A stretch of DNA of 38,109 bases, from positions 1 through 38,109 of the IMG/VR virus record IMGVR_UViG_3300021961_000252; one strand, written 5' to 3'. Source of the DNA: a virus (lineage: Duplodnaviria > Caudoviricetes). Of the stretch, positions 8,731-19,263 are shown piece by piece (the first letter of the stretch is position 1; every line of letters starts with the position of its first letter). The notes beneath the pieces were generated by a model. The model searched no databases. It was not told the DNA's origin and was given only the letters and a program-made list of their open reading frames with translations. A program made the position numbers and the translations under genes.

Positions 8731-10690
8731 TTTTTCTCTTCCTAACATTTATATTCCTGATGGTGCTACCCCTGGAATGTTCACTGTAGGGCCTCTAGGA
8801 GCTCCTGTGGGCGTTTCTGGGGTTGAACCAGTACCTACCCAAGGCATTGCTACTATGGCGGCCCCTCAGGCCCCTGTAGCGCCTCTAGGCAACACTGACT
8901 ACACCATCAGAGAAACACCAGCATCAGCCCTTAGCATGCTGGGTGGATTGCCTGTATCAGTCCCCGCTGAAGTTGCAGCTTATCTTTCTAGCCAACCACA
9001 GATTGTTTCACCCTTTGAAGGTATGCCTTCTTTGGCAGGCGCTCAAAACATCTTTGGTGGTAGGTCTTATGTAACCCATAGTGCAGCAGGGCCTGAGAAG
9101 CGCCGTGTTGGGCTTATGGAGATGAAGCAGCTTAACCAAGCTCCAGGTTACAACACTACAGTACGCCCTGAGTTCTTAGGTGAAACTTATCTCCCCTTTA
9201 GGCCTGAGGGTAATGACCCTAATGTTGTAAACGATACTAAGCTTTGGCACCAGTATTACACTGACAATAAAGACTATCGCAAATATCTGTCTGCAGATGA
9301 ACAGACTGAGCTTGCTTGGCTTGATTATAGGACTGGTCTTACTGACAAGAATCAGTTTACTTCAGCAGTAAACCAAGTAAGAGAAAACTTTAATCTTCCT
9401 AAAAAAGTAGCTTTTGAAGACTTTGAAGCACACTTCTCGATTGGCACCAAGAGGAAGAAGTATTCAGACAACCCGTATCAGGATCTTCAAGACTACGGCC
9501 CTTCAATTGGTGGCTATTGGAACCCTGAGAATGACCCTAGTGAAACACAACAGGTGTTGTCTAACCCCTTTGTTCAGGGTGTTATTACATCTCTTGCTAG
9601 CTACTTTGGTGGTCCTGTAGGGGCTGCTCTTGCCTCTACAGCAACCACTAGGGCTACTGGCGCTGATTGGACTGATGCTCTTCAAGCAGGGGCAATGGCC
9701 GGTGCTGGGTCATTTGTAGATACATATGCTCCCGGTTTGTTTGGTAATCTTAATCCGCAAGTAAGCAGTGCTTTGATCAAAGGGGCTCGTGCTTTTGCCC
9801 AAGGTGGTGACATCAAGGACGTTTTGGTGTCTGCTGGCCTTGGGTATGCCGGTGGCCCTGGTGGAATGCTTAGCAAAACATTAGGTGATCTTGGTCTTAA
9901 TGTTGGTGAAGGTGTTATTTCCAAGGCTATTGAAGGCCTTAGCTTGGCTGATGTTGCCAAGTTTGGTTTTAAGTCAACACAAGATTTTGGAAGTGCTCTT
10001 GGTGGTTTGATTCAAAACATGGATCTTGGAACCCTAGAGCAAACAGGGCTTCTTGGTGTTCTTCCTCAAGGGCTTCAGGATGCTATTCGTAAAGTACAGC
10101 TTTCCGATGTTCTAGCTGCGGGTGCTGGGGGTCTTAGTGGAGACCTCGCTATGAATATCTTGAATGATGTCAACATGCCATATGATCTAAAAGTTGGTAT
10201 GTTGTCAGGAAATGTACAAATTCCTAATTGGCTTAAAGATGCTTATGAAGCAGTAGAGTCTGTTGTACAGCCTGCAGCACAGGCAATAGAAAGAGTAGCT
10301 ACAAAAGCCTATGATCCTGTTGAGCAAGCAATTCAAGACATAGTTAGTGCTATTACTCCAAGTAGCCCTAATATTAACTTACCTAATGTAAATCTACCTA
10401 ATGTAAATATACCTAATGTAAATATACCCAGTGTTAATGTGCCTGATGTAAATCTACCTAGTGTTAATCTACCTAGTGTTAATCTACCTAGTGTTAATCT
10501 ACCTAGTGTTAATCTACCTAACATTAATCTAACATTAGGGAGTCTTGGTCTTGGCACAGGACAAAAAGGCATGTTTGATGAATTTGATCCATATAGATTT
10601 GCCGGTGTCAAGTTTGCACCAAGAGCCCCTATAGTTCCAACACTACAAACTAGGGGTCAAGATCCTCTTTCAATTCTTCTTAGAGGTTAA
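8723..10690 (+). CDS. Large putative internal virion protein with C-terminal pentapeptide repeat
   Basis: 655 aa; Gly/Ala-rich hydrophobic middle; structural operon context. Confidence 0.6.
   Translation: MYNFSLPNIYIPDGATPGMFTVGPLGAPVGVSGVEPVPTQGIATMAAPQAPVAPLGNTDYTIRETPASALSMLGGLPVSVPAEVAAYLSSQPQIVSPFEGMPSLAGAQNIFGGRSYVTHSAAGPEKRRVGLMEMKQLNQAPGYNTTVRPEFLGETYLPFRPEGNDPNVVNDTKLWHQYYTDNKDYRKYLSADEQTELAWLDYRTGLTDKNQFTSAVNQVRENFNLPKKVAFEDFEAHFSIGTKRKKYSDNPYQDLQDYGPSIGGYWNPENDPSETQQVLSNPFVQGVITSLASYFGGPVGAALASTATTRATGADWTDALQAGAMAGAGSFVDTYAPGLFGNLNPQVSSALIKGARAFAQGGDIKDVLVSAGLGYAGGPGGMLSKTLGDLGLNVGEGVISKAIEGLSLADVAKFGFKSTQDFGSALGGLIQNMDLGTLEQTGLLGVLPQGLQDAIRKVQLSDVLAAGAGGLSGDLAMNILNDVNMPYDLKVGMLSGNVQIPNWLKDAYEAVESVVQPAAQAIERVATKAYDPVEQAIQDIVSAITPSSPNINLPNVNLPNVNIPNVNIPSVNVPDVNLPSVNLPSVNLPSVNLPSVNLPNINLTLGSLGLGTGQKGMFDEFDPYRFAGVKFAPRAPIVPTLQTRGQDPLSILLRG
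10367..10531 (+). repeat. 15-bp tandem repeat encoding P[NSD][VI]N[LIV] x11
   Basis: CCTAGTGTTAATCTA units, four identical in a row. Confidence 0.9.
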
Positions 10691-10697
10691 TTTGTAA

Positions 10698-11348
10698 ATG
10701 AATTATCTAACTTTGGTTAATAATGTTCTTCGTAGAATCAGAGAAGATGAGATTACAACGATCAATCAAAATACTTATGCAACTTTGATTGGTGATCTCG
10801 TAAATGATGCTAAGACCTCCGTAGAGCAATCTTGGGACTGGACTGCCCTTAGAACCACGGCAACTATTACCACAACGGCAGGTGTCAATGAGTACACTTT
10901 GACTGGTTTTGGTGATGATTTCAAGTACCTTAAATTTCTTGATAACACCAATAACACCACTATTGAATATCAAGCTACAGATTGGATTGACGTACAGAAT
11001 AATGTAACTGACACTCCCCTTCAGGGAACCCCAACGTACTTTAGTTTTACTACATTGGACTCTAGTGGGGATATGAATATCATTCTGTACCCTACGCCTG
11101 CAGCAGCCTACACACTTAAATTTTATGCTGTTGTTAGGCAAGCTCCTTTGGTACTGTCAACGGATGTCATCAAGGTGCCTTGGATACCTGTAATGCACCT
11201 AGCTGTTGCTTTTGCCTCTAGAGAGCGAGGAGAGACTGGCGGTACTAGCACACCGGAATACTTTGGAATTGCAGACAAATATCTTTCGGACGCTATTGCA
11301 TTGGATGCTTCCTACCGTCCTGAAGAAACAATTTTTAGAGTAGTCTAA
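10698..11348 (+). CDS. Head-tail adaptor (tail tubular protein A-like)
   Basis: YLTLVNNVLRRIRE N-terminus, W.W..L, LYPTP motifs; precedes nozzle gene. Confidence 0.75.
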   Translation: MNYLTLVNNVLRRIREDEITTINQNTYATLIGDLVNDAKTSVEQSWDWTALRTTATITTTAGVNEYTLTGFGDDFKYLKFLDNTNNTTIEYQATDWIDVQNNVTDTPLQGTPTYFSFTTLDSSGDMNIILYPTPAAAYTLKFYAVVRQAPLVLSTDVIKVPWIPVMHLAVAFASRERGETGGTSTPEYFGIADKYLSDAIALDASYRPEETIFRVV

Positions 11349-12866
11349 ATGTCACAACCACTACAGACAGTTAACATTATTGCGCCTGGTTTTCGAGGTC
11401 TCAACACGGAAGATTCTGTTCTTTCTATGGACCCCGCCTTTGCCACTTATGCAGATAACTGTGTAATTGATAAGTATGGGAGGATCTCTGCAAGGAAAGG
11501 ATATTCAGTTCTCACTACTTCAGCAAGTCCTTTGGGATCTGGATTTATTCAATCAATCAAGCAGTTCAGAGACTCAGCAGGCAATAATATTATCTTCTCA
11601 GTGGGTAACAATAAGATTCTAAGTGGCACCACGACCCTAACGGATGAAACCCCTGCGGCTTACACCATCACTTCAAATGCTTGGAAGTTAGTAAACTTTA
11701 ACAATCACTGTTACTTCTTCCAAAGGGGCTATGAACCCCTTGTGTACAGTAATGCTCTTGGGGCTGTAACTAAGATTTCTTTACACCCCTCGTACTCAGG
11801 TACAGCCCCTCAAGCTAATGAAGTTCTGGCAGCTTATGGACGCCTTTGGGTAGCAGACACAACTTCTAATAAATCTACTGTTTATTGGTCTGACCTTTTG
11901 GTTGGTGCTGCTTGGGCTGGTGGTACTTCAGGTTCTATTGATCTTACCTTGGTGTGGCCTGATGGCTATGATGAAATTGTAGCTCTGGCAGCACACAACA
12001 ATCTTTTGATTATTTTTGGCAAGCACAGCATCCTTGTGTACCAAGGGGCTGATGCTCCTGGCACTATGGAACTGTACGACACCGTAACAGGTGTGGGTTG
12101 TGTTGCAAGGGATTCAGTCCAGTACACGGGGACTGATGTTCTCTTTATGAGTTACTCTGGTCTGAAGTCATTCGGTAGGACTATTCAGGAGAAGTCACTC
12201 CCGCTAAACGATTTGTCTAGAAACATAAAAACTGATATAATTAAACTTATACAAACTGAAACAGGTCAGATTACGTCTTCGTACAGCCCTGAAAACTCTT
12301 TCTACCTCGTATTCTTTCCCTCAAGTAGTATTATTTTCTGCTTTGACATCAAAGGAACTCTTGAGGACGGCTCTTATAGGGTTACTCGATGGCCTACTAA
12401 TAAGCTAAAGTGCTTTGAAAGGCTTGTGGACGGAACTCTTTACATTGGTACTTCCTCCGGTATAGCCTCCTACTCAGGCTACCTAGACGGCACAACAACT
12501 TACATTATGAAGTATTACAGTCCCCACTTGACCTTTGGGGATTCTTCTAAGATTAAGTTTCTCAAAAAGATGAAGCCAACTATCATTGGTGGTAACTCAA
12601 CAACTCTTACGTTCAAATGGGGCTATGGTTTTAATGACTCATTTACTTCCTATGCTGTTAGTTTGGACAACTTTGGTTCTTTCCCTTACTACGGAACTGC
12701 TCAGTTTAACATAGCAGAATATTCCGGTGGTTCTCAGTACGTTGTTCCCAATATTAACACAAACGGGAGTGGAACTAATATTGTTGTTGGAATGGAAGTT
12801 CCTGTAACTGACCAAATATCCTTGCAGGAATTTAACATCTTTACCTTGATTGGCAAAACTTATTAA
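11349..12866 (+). CDS. Tail nozzle/stabilization protein (tail tubular protein B / P22 gp10-like)
   Basis: 505 aa beta-rich; GFRGLN, ADNCVID, RKGY, RLW, YWSD, GCVARDS motifs. Confidence 0.75.
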   Translation: MSQPLQTVNIIAPGFRGLNTEDSVLSMDPAFATYADNCVIDKYGRISARKGYSVLTTSASPLGSGFIQSIKQFRDSAGNNIIFSVGNNKILSGTTTLTDETPAAYTITSNAWKLVNFNNHCYFFQRGYEPLVYSNALGAVTKISLHPSYSGTAPQANEVLAAYGRLWVADTTSNKSTVYWSDLLVGAAWAGGTSGSIDLTLVWPDGYDEIVALAAHNNLLIIFGKHSILVYQGADAPGTMELYDTVTGVGCVARDSVQYTGTDVLFMSYSGLKSFGRTIQEKSLPLNDLSRNIKTDIIKLIQTETGQITSSYSPENSFYLVFFPSSSIIFCFDIKGTLEDGSYRVTRWPTNKLKCFERLVDGTLYIGTSSGIASYSGYLDGTTTYIMKYYSPHLTFGDSSKIKFLKKMKPTIIGGNSTTLTFKWGYGFNDSFTSYAVSLDNFGSFPYYGTAQFNIAEYSGGSQYVVPNINTNGSGTNIVVGMEVPVTDQISLQEFNIFTLIGKTY

Positions 12867-12883
12867 CTTGGAGATCTTAATAT

Positions 12884-13819
12884 ATGACTTGGTCTGATAT
12901 TTTTGGTTTTATTGGTGATAATGCTGGTGGTCTTGCACAAGGTGCTGGACTTCTTGGTGGGGGTCTTCTGGCTAAAGAAGCTTATGAGCAACTTGGAGAA
13001 GCAGGGCAAACAGGTTATGCGCGGTCAGGCCCTCTAGCCCAACAGCTTCTTGAGTTATCTCAGTTTAGACCCTTTACAGTCACTACAGGCCTTGGGACTC
13101 TCCAGGCGACCCCTGAAGGTGGCTATACGTCCACCCTAAGTCCCCAGCAGCAAGCTTTGCAAAATCAGCTAATGGGTGGTGCTCAAGGGTTTTATGGGCA
13201 AGCTACAACCCCTCTGGCTCAAAGACAACAACAGGTTTATGACGCCCTTCGTGCCGTTCAGATGCCTGAAGAACAAAGGGCGCGTCTTGACCTTGAACAA
13301 CGACTAGCTGCTCAAGGACGCCTTGGGCTTCAAACAGCACAGTACGGTGGATCCCCTGAGTCTTTTGCTCTTGCCAAGGCACAGGCTGAAGCACGTAACC
13401 AAGCTTCTGTAGCCGCTATTGAGCAAGCTATGAAGGAGCAGGCGCAGCAAGCAGAACTTGGTAAGTTGTACCAAACGATGGGTTATGCGCCTCTTGATGC
13501 TCAGTTGTCTGCTTATGCACAAGGGCTTGGTGGTGCTGGTCTTGCCCAAGCAGCACAACAAGCAGGAACAGGTCTTTTTGGTGAGGCTCAGTTTGGTGGC
13601 TTGAATGCACTTCTGGCGGGCCGTATTGCACAAGCTAATCTTGCTGGTCAGCTTGGCACTGCTTTGCTTCAAGGCACTACTCAAGGAATGTTTGCTCAAG
13701 AAGGTGGAAGCGATTTGCAGAACCTTCTTGGATCAGTGGGGGGAACAGTAGCCGATTATTTGGGCAGGTTGTTTGGTGGTGGTGGTTCTGGTGGTTCGAT
13801 GCAGGCGGCAGGGAGTTAA
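12884..13819 (+). CDS. Probable DNA ejection (pilot) protein
   Basis: Gln/Ala/Gly-rich helical protein directly after nozzle. Confidence 0.6.
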   Translation: MTWSDIFGFIGDNAGGLAQGAGLLGGGLLAKEAYEQLGEAGQTGYARSGPLAQQLLELSQFRPFTVTTGLGTLQATPEGGYTSTLSPQQQALQNQLMGGAQGFYGQATTPLAQRQQQVYDALRAVQMPEEQRARLDLEQRLAAQGRLGLQTAQYGGSPESFALAKAQAEARNQASVAAIEQAMKEQAQQAELGKLYQTMGYAPLDAQLSAYAQGLGGAGLAQAAQQAGTGLFGEAQFGGLNALLAGRIAQANLAGQLGTALLQGTTQGMFAQEGGSDLQNLLGSVGGTVADYLGRLFGGGGSGGSMQAAGS

Positions 13820-13825
13820 ATAATC

Positions 13826-15178
13826 ATGGCAAGAATTAGTGATGCAGTTCTTCAAGGTTTGATGCAGCCTCAGTTTGGTTTTACTGGTCTTGCTGAGCCT
13901 ATTGGAATGCTTATGGGTGGTGCCCAGGCACAACGACAAGCACAACAGAGGCAGATGGGGGCTATTCAGCAGGCTTTTGGTGCTCAGGACATAGGGGCAC
14001 TTCAAGGGGTCTTGGGGGGCTTAAGGACGCCTGAGGAAGCACAAACCGCTTTGAGTGCTTTTGGTGCTGGTCAGCAAGCTAGGGCACAGCAAGCTCAACT
14101 AGCAGCACAAGAAGCTGCTGCAGCAAGAGAAAAGTCTTTTAGAGACATGGTTAAAAGAACTGCGCCTAGCCTCGGTGCTCCTGGTAAAAGCTTGCTAGAC
14201 ATGGTAGATACTGCAGACATTGAAGACCTTAGAGAAAGCTTTGGCACTTTGATGAAGAATTTTAATTCCAATGAAGGAATTCTTACTGCTTTTGAAATTC
14301 CTCCAGAAGAATGGCCTAAATACTTGAGTATGGAGTCAAAACCACTTTTGAATCTAATGGTAGAGACTCAAAGTTTTGGCAAAGGTACTCCAAGAGATTA
14401 TAGAACCCCTGATGGAAGGAATGTCACGTATGTAACTAACGCTAGAGGACAAGTTAGGGTTCCTGGTGGCACTTGGTCAAATATAGAAGATCTTGGACTG
14501 CAGCCTGCAGTTAGAACAACAGCATCTATGGATGCACTTCCTGTTGAAGATATTATAGGTAAAAAACAAACAGAAAATCTTTTTACAAGACTAGATGCAG
14601 CAGAAGCTTCATTATCTGTTCTTGAAAATAATAAAACAGGACAAGAAATCCTATCACAAATTCCAGAAGGAAGTTTGGGTATTTTGGCTAATGTCGGCCA
14701 AATGACAAGGCAAGCTAAGATTGCTCTTGGTTTTGCAAATCCAGATGAAATTAAAACAGAAGCGGATTTGAATGCTTTTTTAAATTCTCGTGGACAGGCG
14801 GTAGCTAGACAGCTTGCTACTGGAACTTATGGTGCTGGTACCGCTATTTCGGATGCAGACCGACAAGCAGCAAAAGAACTAGCAGGACAGGACATTAAAG
14901 CTACTCCTGAAACTTTGAGAAAAATTCTATATCTTGAAAGAAAGTTGGCTTATGAAGATATTAAACGACACAATGAAAATATTCAAAAAAGACTTTCTAG
15001 GCTTTCTCCAGAACAATCAGGAAAACTGTCTCCTGTTTTTGAAGTTGAACTACCAACTGAATTTTTTGCACAGCCTGAAAATTATGTAAAAAAATATACG
15101 GACGATAAAACAAATCAACCTGTTTATGAAGATATGTTTGGTGTAAAAAGATATGCCAATGGGACTGAATATAAGTAG
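13826..15178 (+). CDS. Probable ejection/internal virion protein
   Basis: 450 aa; Gln/Ala-rich N-terminus; G.AISD.D motif; position. Confidence 0.55.
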   Translation: MARISDAVLQGLMQPQFGFTGLAEPIGMLMGGAQAQRQAQQRQMGAIQQAFGAQDIGALQGVLGGLRTPEEAQTALSAFGAGQQARAQQAQLAAQEAAAAREKSFRDMVKRTAPSLGAPGKSLLDMVDTADIEDLRESFGTLMKNFNSNEGILTAFEIPPEEWPKYLSMESKPLLNLMVETQSFGKGTPRDYRTPDGRNVTYVTNARGQVRVPGGTWSNIEDLGLQPAVRTTASMDALPVEDIIGKKQTENLFTRLDAAEASLSVLENNKTGQEILSQIPEGSLGILANVGQMTRQAKIALGFANPDEIKTEADLNAFLNSRGQAVARQLATGTYGAGTAISDADRQAAKELAGQDIKATPETLRKILYLERKLAYEDIKRHNENIQKRLSRLSPEQSGKLSPVFEVELPTEFFAQPENYVKKYTDDKTNQPVYEDMFGVKRYANGTEYK

Positions 15179-15190
15179 TAGGAGCAAATA

Positions 15191-16816
15191 ATGGCGCTAA
15201 CTCTTGTTGAAGATAAAACAACTAAAGGTTTGTCTCTAGTTGAAGATAAAACACAACCTGCTACTTTAGGCCCTCAGGTTCCAGAAGCAACTCAAGATTC
15301 TCTTTTTAAAAGCCTTGAGGATATTCTTTACAAAAGAGGCGTTGAACAAGAACAAATTCAAGCTAGAGAGCTTGCTCCTGCAGTGGGTGGTCCTAAGGAT
15401 GTGTATGCGTATGCTTTACAAACTTTAGGAAAAACAGGCGCTGGCACTCTTTCTGATATTGTTGGAGAAGTCACAGGACGTGCCATTAGTGCCGTAACGC
15501 CCGAATCTGTTAAGCAAGGAATTAAGTCTGCTTTTGAAACACAAGCGGGTCAATCCCTTCTTTCAGGTGTTGGTTTTACTGTAGATCAATATAGAGAGTT
15601 TGCTAAAGAAAACCCAAGCGCAGCAGCAAGTATCGAAGCAGCGGCTAATCTTGCTCTTGCTGCGCCTGGCGGTGCTGGTAAAGCTGCTTTTAAAGAACAA
15701 GTAGGAAAACTTCTTTCTAAAAGCGTATCTCCCCTTGAGACTGCAGCTACACAAGAAAATATTGTTAGGGCTAGAGAAATTGTTAGACCTGATCGAGAAC
15801 TTCTTTCAGAAAGAGAAAGAGAATTTCGTATTGGTGAAACTAAACCGAAAGGGCCCCTTAGGACTCTTACTATAGAGCTGAATAAAGAAGAAGACCGCGC
15901 AGCAGAGCTTCTTGGTGAAGTTTACAATAAAGATAGAACTTTTACAGAAAATTATAATGAAGGTACTACTTTTATTCGGGATCAATCAAGAATTCTTCAA
16001 GAAGATTTAAATAAGTATTCAGATATAGAAATAAATACAAATGATGTTACTTCTTCAATTGCTTCCGATATGGGAGATTTGTTCAAAGAGACTCCGACGC
16101 TCACAGGAGCAAAAACACTTAGAAGTAATGTTCTTAAAAATTATAAGTTGATTTTGAATAAGTATAGTAAAAATGGGAAAATCTCTCCTGGAGATCTATA
16201 CCAAGTTAGAAAAGAATTTGATGACTGGTGGGACACTGAAGTATCAGGGATCAACTTTGAAAAAACAGGAGGAAATAGGAGCCAAGCAGAACTTCTGATT
16301 CAATCTGTTAGACATAGTTTGAATTCTAAAATAGATTCTGTAGTTCCTGATGAAAAGTTTGCTGATCGTCTTTATGATCTTCATAGCATGATTCGTGGAA
16401 ATAAAAATGTTCAGTTGAAAGCTGTGGCCGAAGATTCAAACGCTATTCAAAGAACAATGTCAAATCTTGGAGTAGGTACAAGAGAACCCCTTAGTAGGCG
16501 TGTTGGAAGATATGGTGCTGCAGGCGCAGCCGTCGCTATTCCTTCTATGGCTAGTGGTTACTTTGCAGGAATTCAAGGTGCGTTGGCTGCAGGTGCCGCA
16601 GCAGCTACATTAGGATCTGTTTATGGAGCTTACAGAGCTTTTAAGAGCCCTAAAGTAAAACGCAATATTTCTGGTTTTGTTAAAGCAATGGATAGAGATA
16701 TCACAAATGCTGTGTGGTTTTCAAACAGAGCAGCTTTTGTTGAAAACATAAACAACCTTTACAACACCCTTGAAGAAGAATCACCACTTGAGCAAGAAGA
16801 AGAACAACCAAAATGA
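15191..16816 (+). CDS. Probable ejection/internal virion protein
   Basis: 541 aa; GGAG RBS; hydrophobic Ala/Gly segment near C-terminus. Confidence 0.55.
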   Translation: MALTLVEDKTTKGLSLVEDKTQPATLGPQVPEATQDSLFKSLEDILYKRGVEQEQIQARELAPAVGGPKDVYAYALQTLGKTGAGTLSDIVGEVTGRAISAVTPESVKQGIKSAFETQAGQSLLSGVGFTVDQYREFAKENPSAAASIEAAANLALAAPGGAGKAAFKEQVGKLLSKSVSPLETAATQENIVRAREIVRPDRELLSEREREFRIGETKPKGPLRTLTIELNKEEDRAAELLGEVYNKDRTFTENYNEGTTFIRDQSRILQEDLNKYSDIEINTNDVTSSIASDMGDLFKETPTLTGAKTLRSNVLKNYKLILNKYSKNGKISPGDLYQVRKEFDDWWDTEVSGINFEKTGGNRSQAELLIQSVRHSLNSKIDSVVPDEKFADRLYDLHSMIRGNKNVQLKAVAEDSNAIQRTMSNLGVGTREPLSRRVGRYGAAGAAVAIPSMASGYFAGIQGALAAGAAAATLGSVYGAYRAFKSPKVKRNISGFVKAMDRDITNAVWFSNRAAFVENINNLYNTLEEESPLEQEEEQPK

Positions 16817-17079
16817 TCAAAAAATCAAGCATGCCTTGCAATAAACCCAAGCGCACCCCAAGCCACCCTAAGAAGTCTCATGTGGTTAAAGCGTGCGAAG
16901 GTGGCAAAGAAAAGATCATCAGGTTTGGTGAGCAAGGTGCCAAGACCGCAGGGAAGCCCAAGAAGGGTGAATCTGAAGAAATGAAGATGAAGAGGAAAAG
17001 CTTTAAGGCTCGACACGGTAAAAACATAGCAAAGGGTAAATCCTCTGCTGCTTACTGGGCAGATAAAGTAAAATGGTAA
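16813..17079 (+). CDS. Small basic phage protein
   Basis: IIRFGEQG...SFKARH...SAAYWADKVKW; ATGA overlap. Confidence 0.75.
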   Translation: MIKKSSMPCNKPKRTPSHPKKSHVVKACEGGKEKIIRFGEQGAKTAGKPKKGESEEMKMKRKSFKARHGKNIAKGKSSAAYWADKVKW

Positions 17080-17219
17080 AACCAGGTCTTTATGAAAACA
17101 TCAGGAAGAAGCGTGCTCGTATAGCCGCCGGTAGTGGTGAGCGAATGCGTAAACCAGGCACTAAAGGTGCCCCAACAGCAGAAGCCTTCAAGAAGGCAGC
17201 ATCAAAGAGGAAAAAGTAA
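17073..17219 (+). CDS. Small basic protein (48 aa, MVKPGLYENIRKKRARIAAGSGERMRKPG...)
   Basis: Read manually; overlaps previous stop; K/R-rich. Confidence 0.7.
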   Translation: MVKPGLYENIRKKRARIAAGSGERMRKPGTKGAPTAEAFKKAASKRKK

Positions 17220-17223
17220 TATT

Positions 17224-17331
17224 ATGTTCAAACCATGTAAAGGATGCCCTACGCCCGCTAAGTGCAAGAAGGCTGGTAAGTGCCTTAAAAAACAATCCAG
17301 AGAGAAATACAAGGACAAAGAAAAATACTAA
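17224..17331 (+). CDS. Small Cys/Lys-rich protein (35 aa, MFKPCKGCPTPAKCKKAGKC...)
   Basis: Internal ATG of ORF 17134..17331; four Cys. Confidence 0.55.
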   Translation: MFKPCKGCPTPAKCKKAGKCLKKQSREKYKDKEKY

Positions 17332-17332
17332 A

Positions 17333-17363
17333 GAAAAAATAAGGGGGCCTAGAGCCCCCTTTT
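17333..17363. terminator. Bidirectional rho-independent terminator between the two arms
   Basis: AAGGGGGC-CTAGA-GCCCCCTT hairpin, A-tract left and T-tract right, between convergent genes. Confidence 0.85.
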
Positions 17364-17367
17364 AGCT

Positions 17368-19263
17368 TCAGAGTGGATCTTTTATTGAGTCTACAAACTC
17401 ACAAAGATTGCCCACACAAGCCAGTGTTTGTGCCCCTTCAGTGTTGTCTTGGGTTTCTTTTATAAGATCCCAATCGATGTTCGTTGGCATATTCTTGATA
17501 CCTTCCAAATACTTTTGCTCATCAATCTCCTCGTAAGGAGCTTGTTCATAAGAGTGTTCAGCAAATGGCAAGAAGGATATACCTGAAACGTCATCAAAGT
17601 TATTATAAATCCACTGTCCAACTGACAAGAACTCAGAGTCCTTATAGTAGACAGTCTGGGACACCTTATGCTCACACCACCACTGTTGGTAAACAGCATT
17701 CAGTTCTAGCTGCTCCATAGCATCCTGCTCAGAAGCCATTACAGAGTCTTCTGGGGCCTTCTGGTAGAAAGTGAATATCTTAGTAGTGGGTGAGTTTATA
17801 TCAGTCTCTACGGGCACCCCAGAGGCTTCCAGAGCACCACACAGGGGATCCCTGGAGTCAGCCCTAACCCTACGGATATAGTAGGGGCTAAAGCGCCCGT
17901 GGATGCCACTGGCAGAATCTACAAGCTGAGATACAGTCCCTGAAGGCTTCACACAGGTAATTGCCGTAGACTGATTAATCTTGAGTCGCTTAGCCCAGAT
18001 CTTGTTTGTTTCAATAGCAACATTCCTGAGTTCATTAAGCCACTTTGGCAAATCTTTAGATCGTGGTTTGGACAATAAATAGTGATCCATGATCCCCGTC
18101 AAAGACACACCAAGCAAGCGCTCATCTTCAGTATTAAACTTCCAGACGTTCCTCAAGTACCTAAAGTCAGTCAAGGTTGCCTGAAGGGTACCAAGTATGG
18201 TTGCAATTCTAACTTTACGTTTTAGATTTTCAAGGTTATCTTCACTACGGACAACAACTTCACTCAGGTTACAAAACTGGTTAGGACGCAGAATGATCTC
18301 TGAACAAGGGTTTGTTCCAAAGTCAAAATCAATATCCCTACGATCATTACGTGCAGCCTGCTTCTTTGCAGCTACCCTAGAAAAGATACCCCTCTCGCCA
18401 CTCTTGGATTCGTAAAGAGCCACCCATTCAGACAAGAAGTGCTCAAAGTCAGGCTTCTCGGTGTAGCAAGCTGAATTGTTGGAAAGACCCCTTTGTGGGG
18501 AATCTACCCACCATTGTCCGTGCTTTGCTCGGCGAATACGTTCATCACTCAGGTTGCTTAAAGAGATCAGGGCGCTCCTGCGGACTCCACCAACGACAAC
18601 AATTTGTGCGATTTTGCAGCAGAGGTCATGGCATTCCAAGCTTGTAAGCTTTCTTCCAGCCGCTCCCTTAAAGAGTTCAACTGTGAACCTGAATAGGCTG
18701 ACAAGAGGCTCTGGACCAGATGCCCTGCCTCCGAAAGTCTTGAGAGGGGCACCTGCAGGACGCACTCCACTGACATCCCACTTGGGTACTTGGCCTGAGT
18801 AGAGTAGCGATACCAGTTCTCGGAATGCTTTTGCCCATCCAATTTTTGAATCCGCGACATGAATGCTGGTGTCTGTGTCATAAAAAGATTCTGCTACCTC
18901 TGGGAGCTTGTTGATGTATTGACGTTCAACACTAAATCCTACGCCAGTGCCACACATCAGAATATACATCATCTCATCAAAGGCCCTTGGGCTATCGACG
19001 GTGATATAAGAGCAGTTAAAGCCTGCTACGTTGTCTCGATCAAGTGCTTCACCTGCGGTCATCATGGCACGCATTGAAGGCATTACTTCCATGTTGAAGA
19101 TAGCTTCAAAAAGCTCAGCTTCTTCTTCCTTGGTAATCAGACCCTTTTGGATCCAATAGCCCGTGTAGCGTTCTACAGTTTCTTTCCAAGACTCCCGGCG
19201 GTTCTGTTCTGGAAGATAACGTGCATAGCGGCTTTTATGAATGTACTGTTGATATAGATCCAT
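17368..19263 (-). CDS. nrdJ: Class II (adenosylcobalamin-dependent) ribonucleotide reductase, RTPR-like
   Basis: FNCSY, GGVRRSALI, TNPCSEI, VKPSGTVS, C-terminal CxxxxC; no nrdB partner. Confidence 0.9.
   Translation of the reverse strand: MDLYQQYIHKSRYARYLPEQNRRESWKETVERYTGYWIQKGLITKEEEAELFEAIFNMEVMPSMRAMMTAGEALDRDNVAGFNCSYITVDSPRAFDEMMYILMCGTGVGFSVERQYINKLPEVAESFYDTDTSIHVADSKIGWAKAFRELVSLLYSGQVPKWDVSGVRPAGAPLKTFGGRASGPEPLVSLFRFTVELFKGAAGRKLTSLECHDLCCKIAQIVVVGGVRRSALISLSNLSDERIRRAKHGQWWVDSPQRGLSNNSACYTEKPDFEHFLSEWVALYESKSGERGIFSRVAAKKQAARNDRRDIDFDFGTNPCSEIILRPNQFCNLSEVVVRSEDNLENLKRKVRIATILGTLQATLTDFRYLRNVWKFNTEDERLLGVSLTGIMDHYLLSKPRSKDLPKWLNELRNVAIETNKIWAKRLKINQSTAITCVKPSGTVSQLVDSASGIHGRFSPYYIRRVRADSRDPLCGALEASGVPVETDINSPTTKIFTFYQKAPEDSVMASEQDAMEQLELNAVYQQWWCEHKVSQTVYYKDSEFLSVGQWIYNNFDDVSGISFLPFAEHSYEQAPYEEIDEQKYLEGIKNMPTNIDWDLIKETQDNTEGAQTLACVGNLCEFVDSIKDPL

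Noticed and set aside
17134-17223. 5' extension of ORF 17134..17331
   Set aside because: Overlaps the more convincing 17073..17219 gene; ATG at 17224 preferred.
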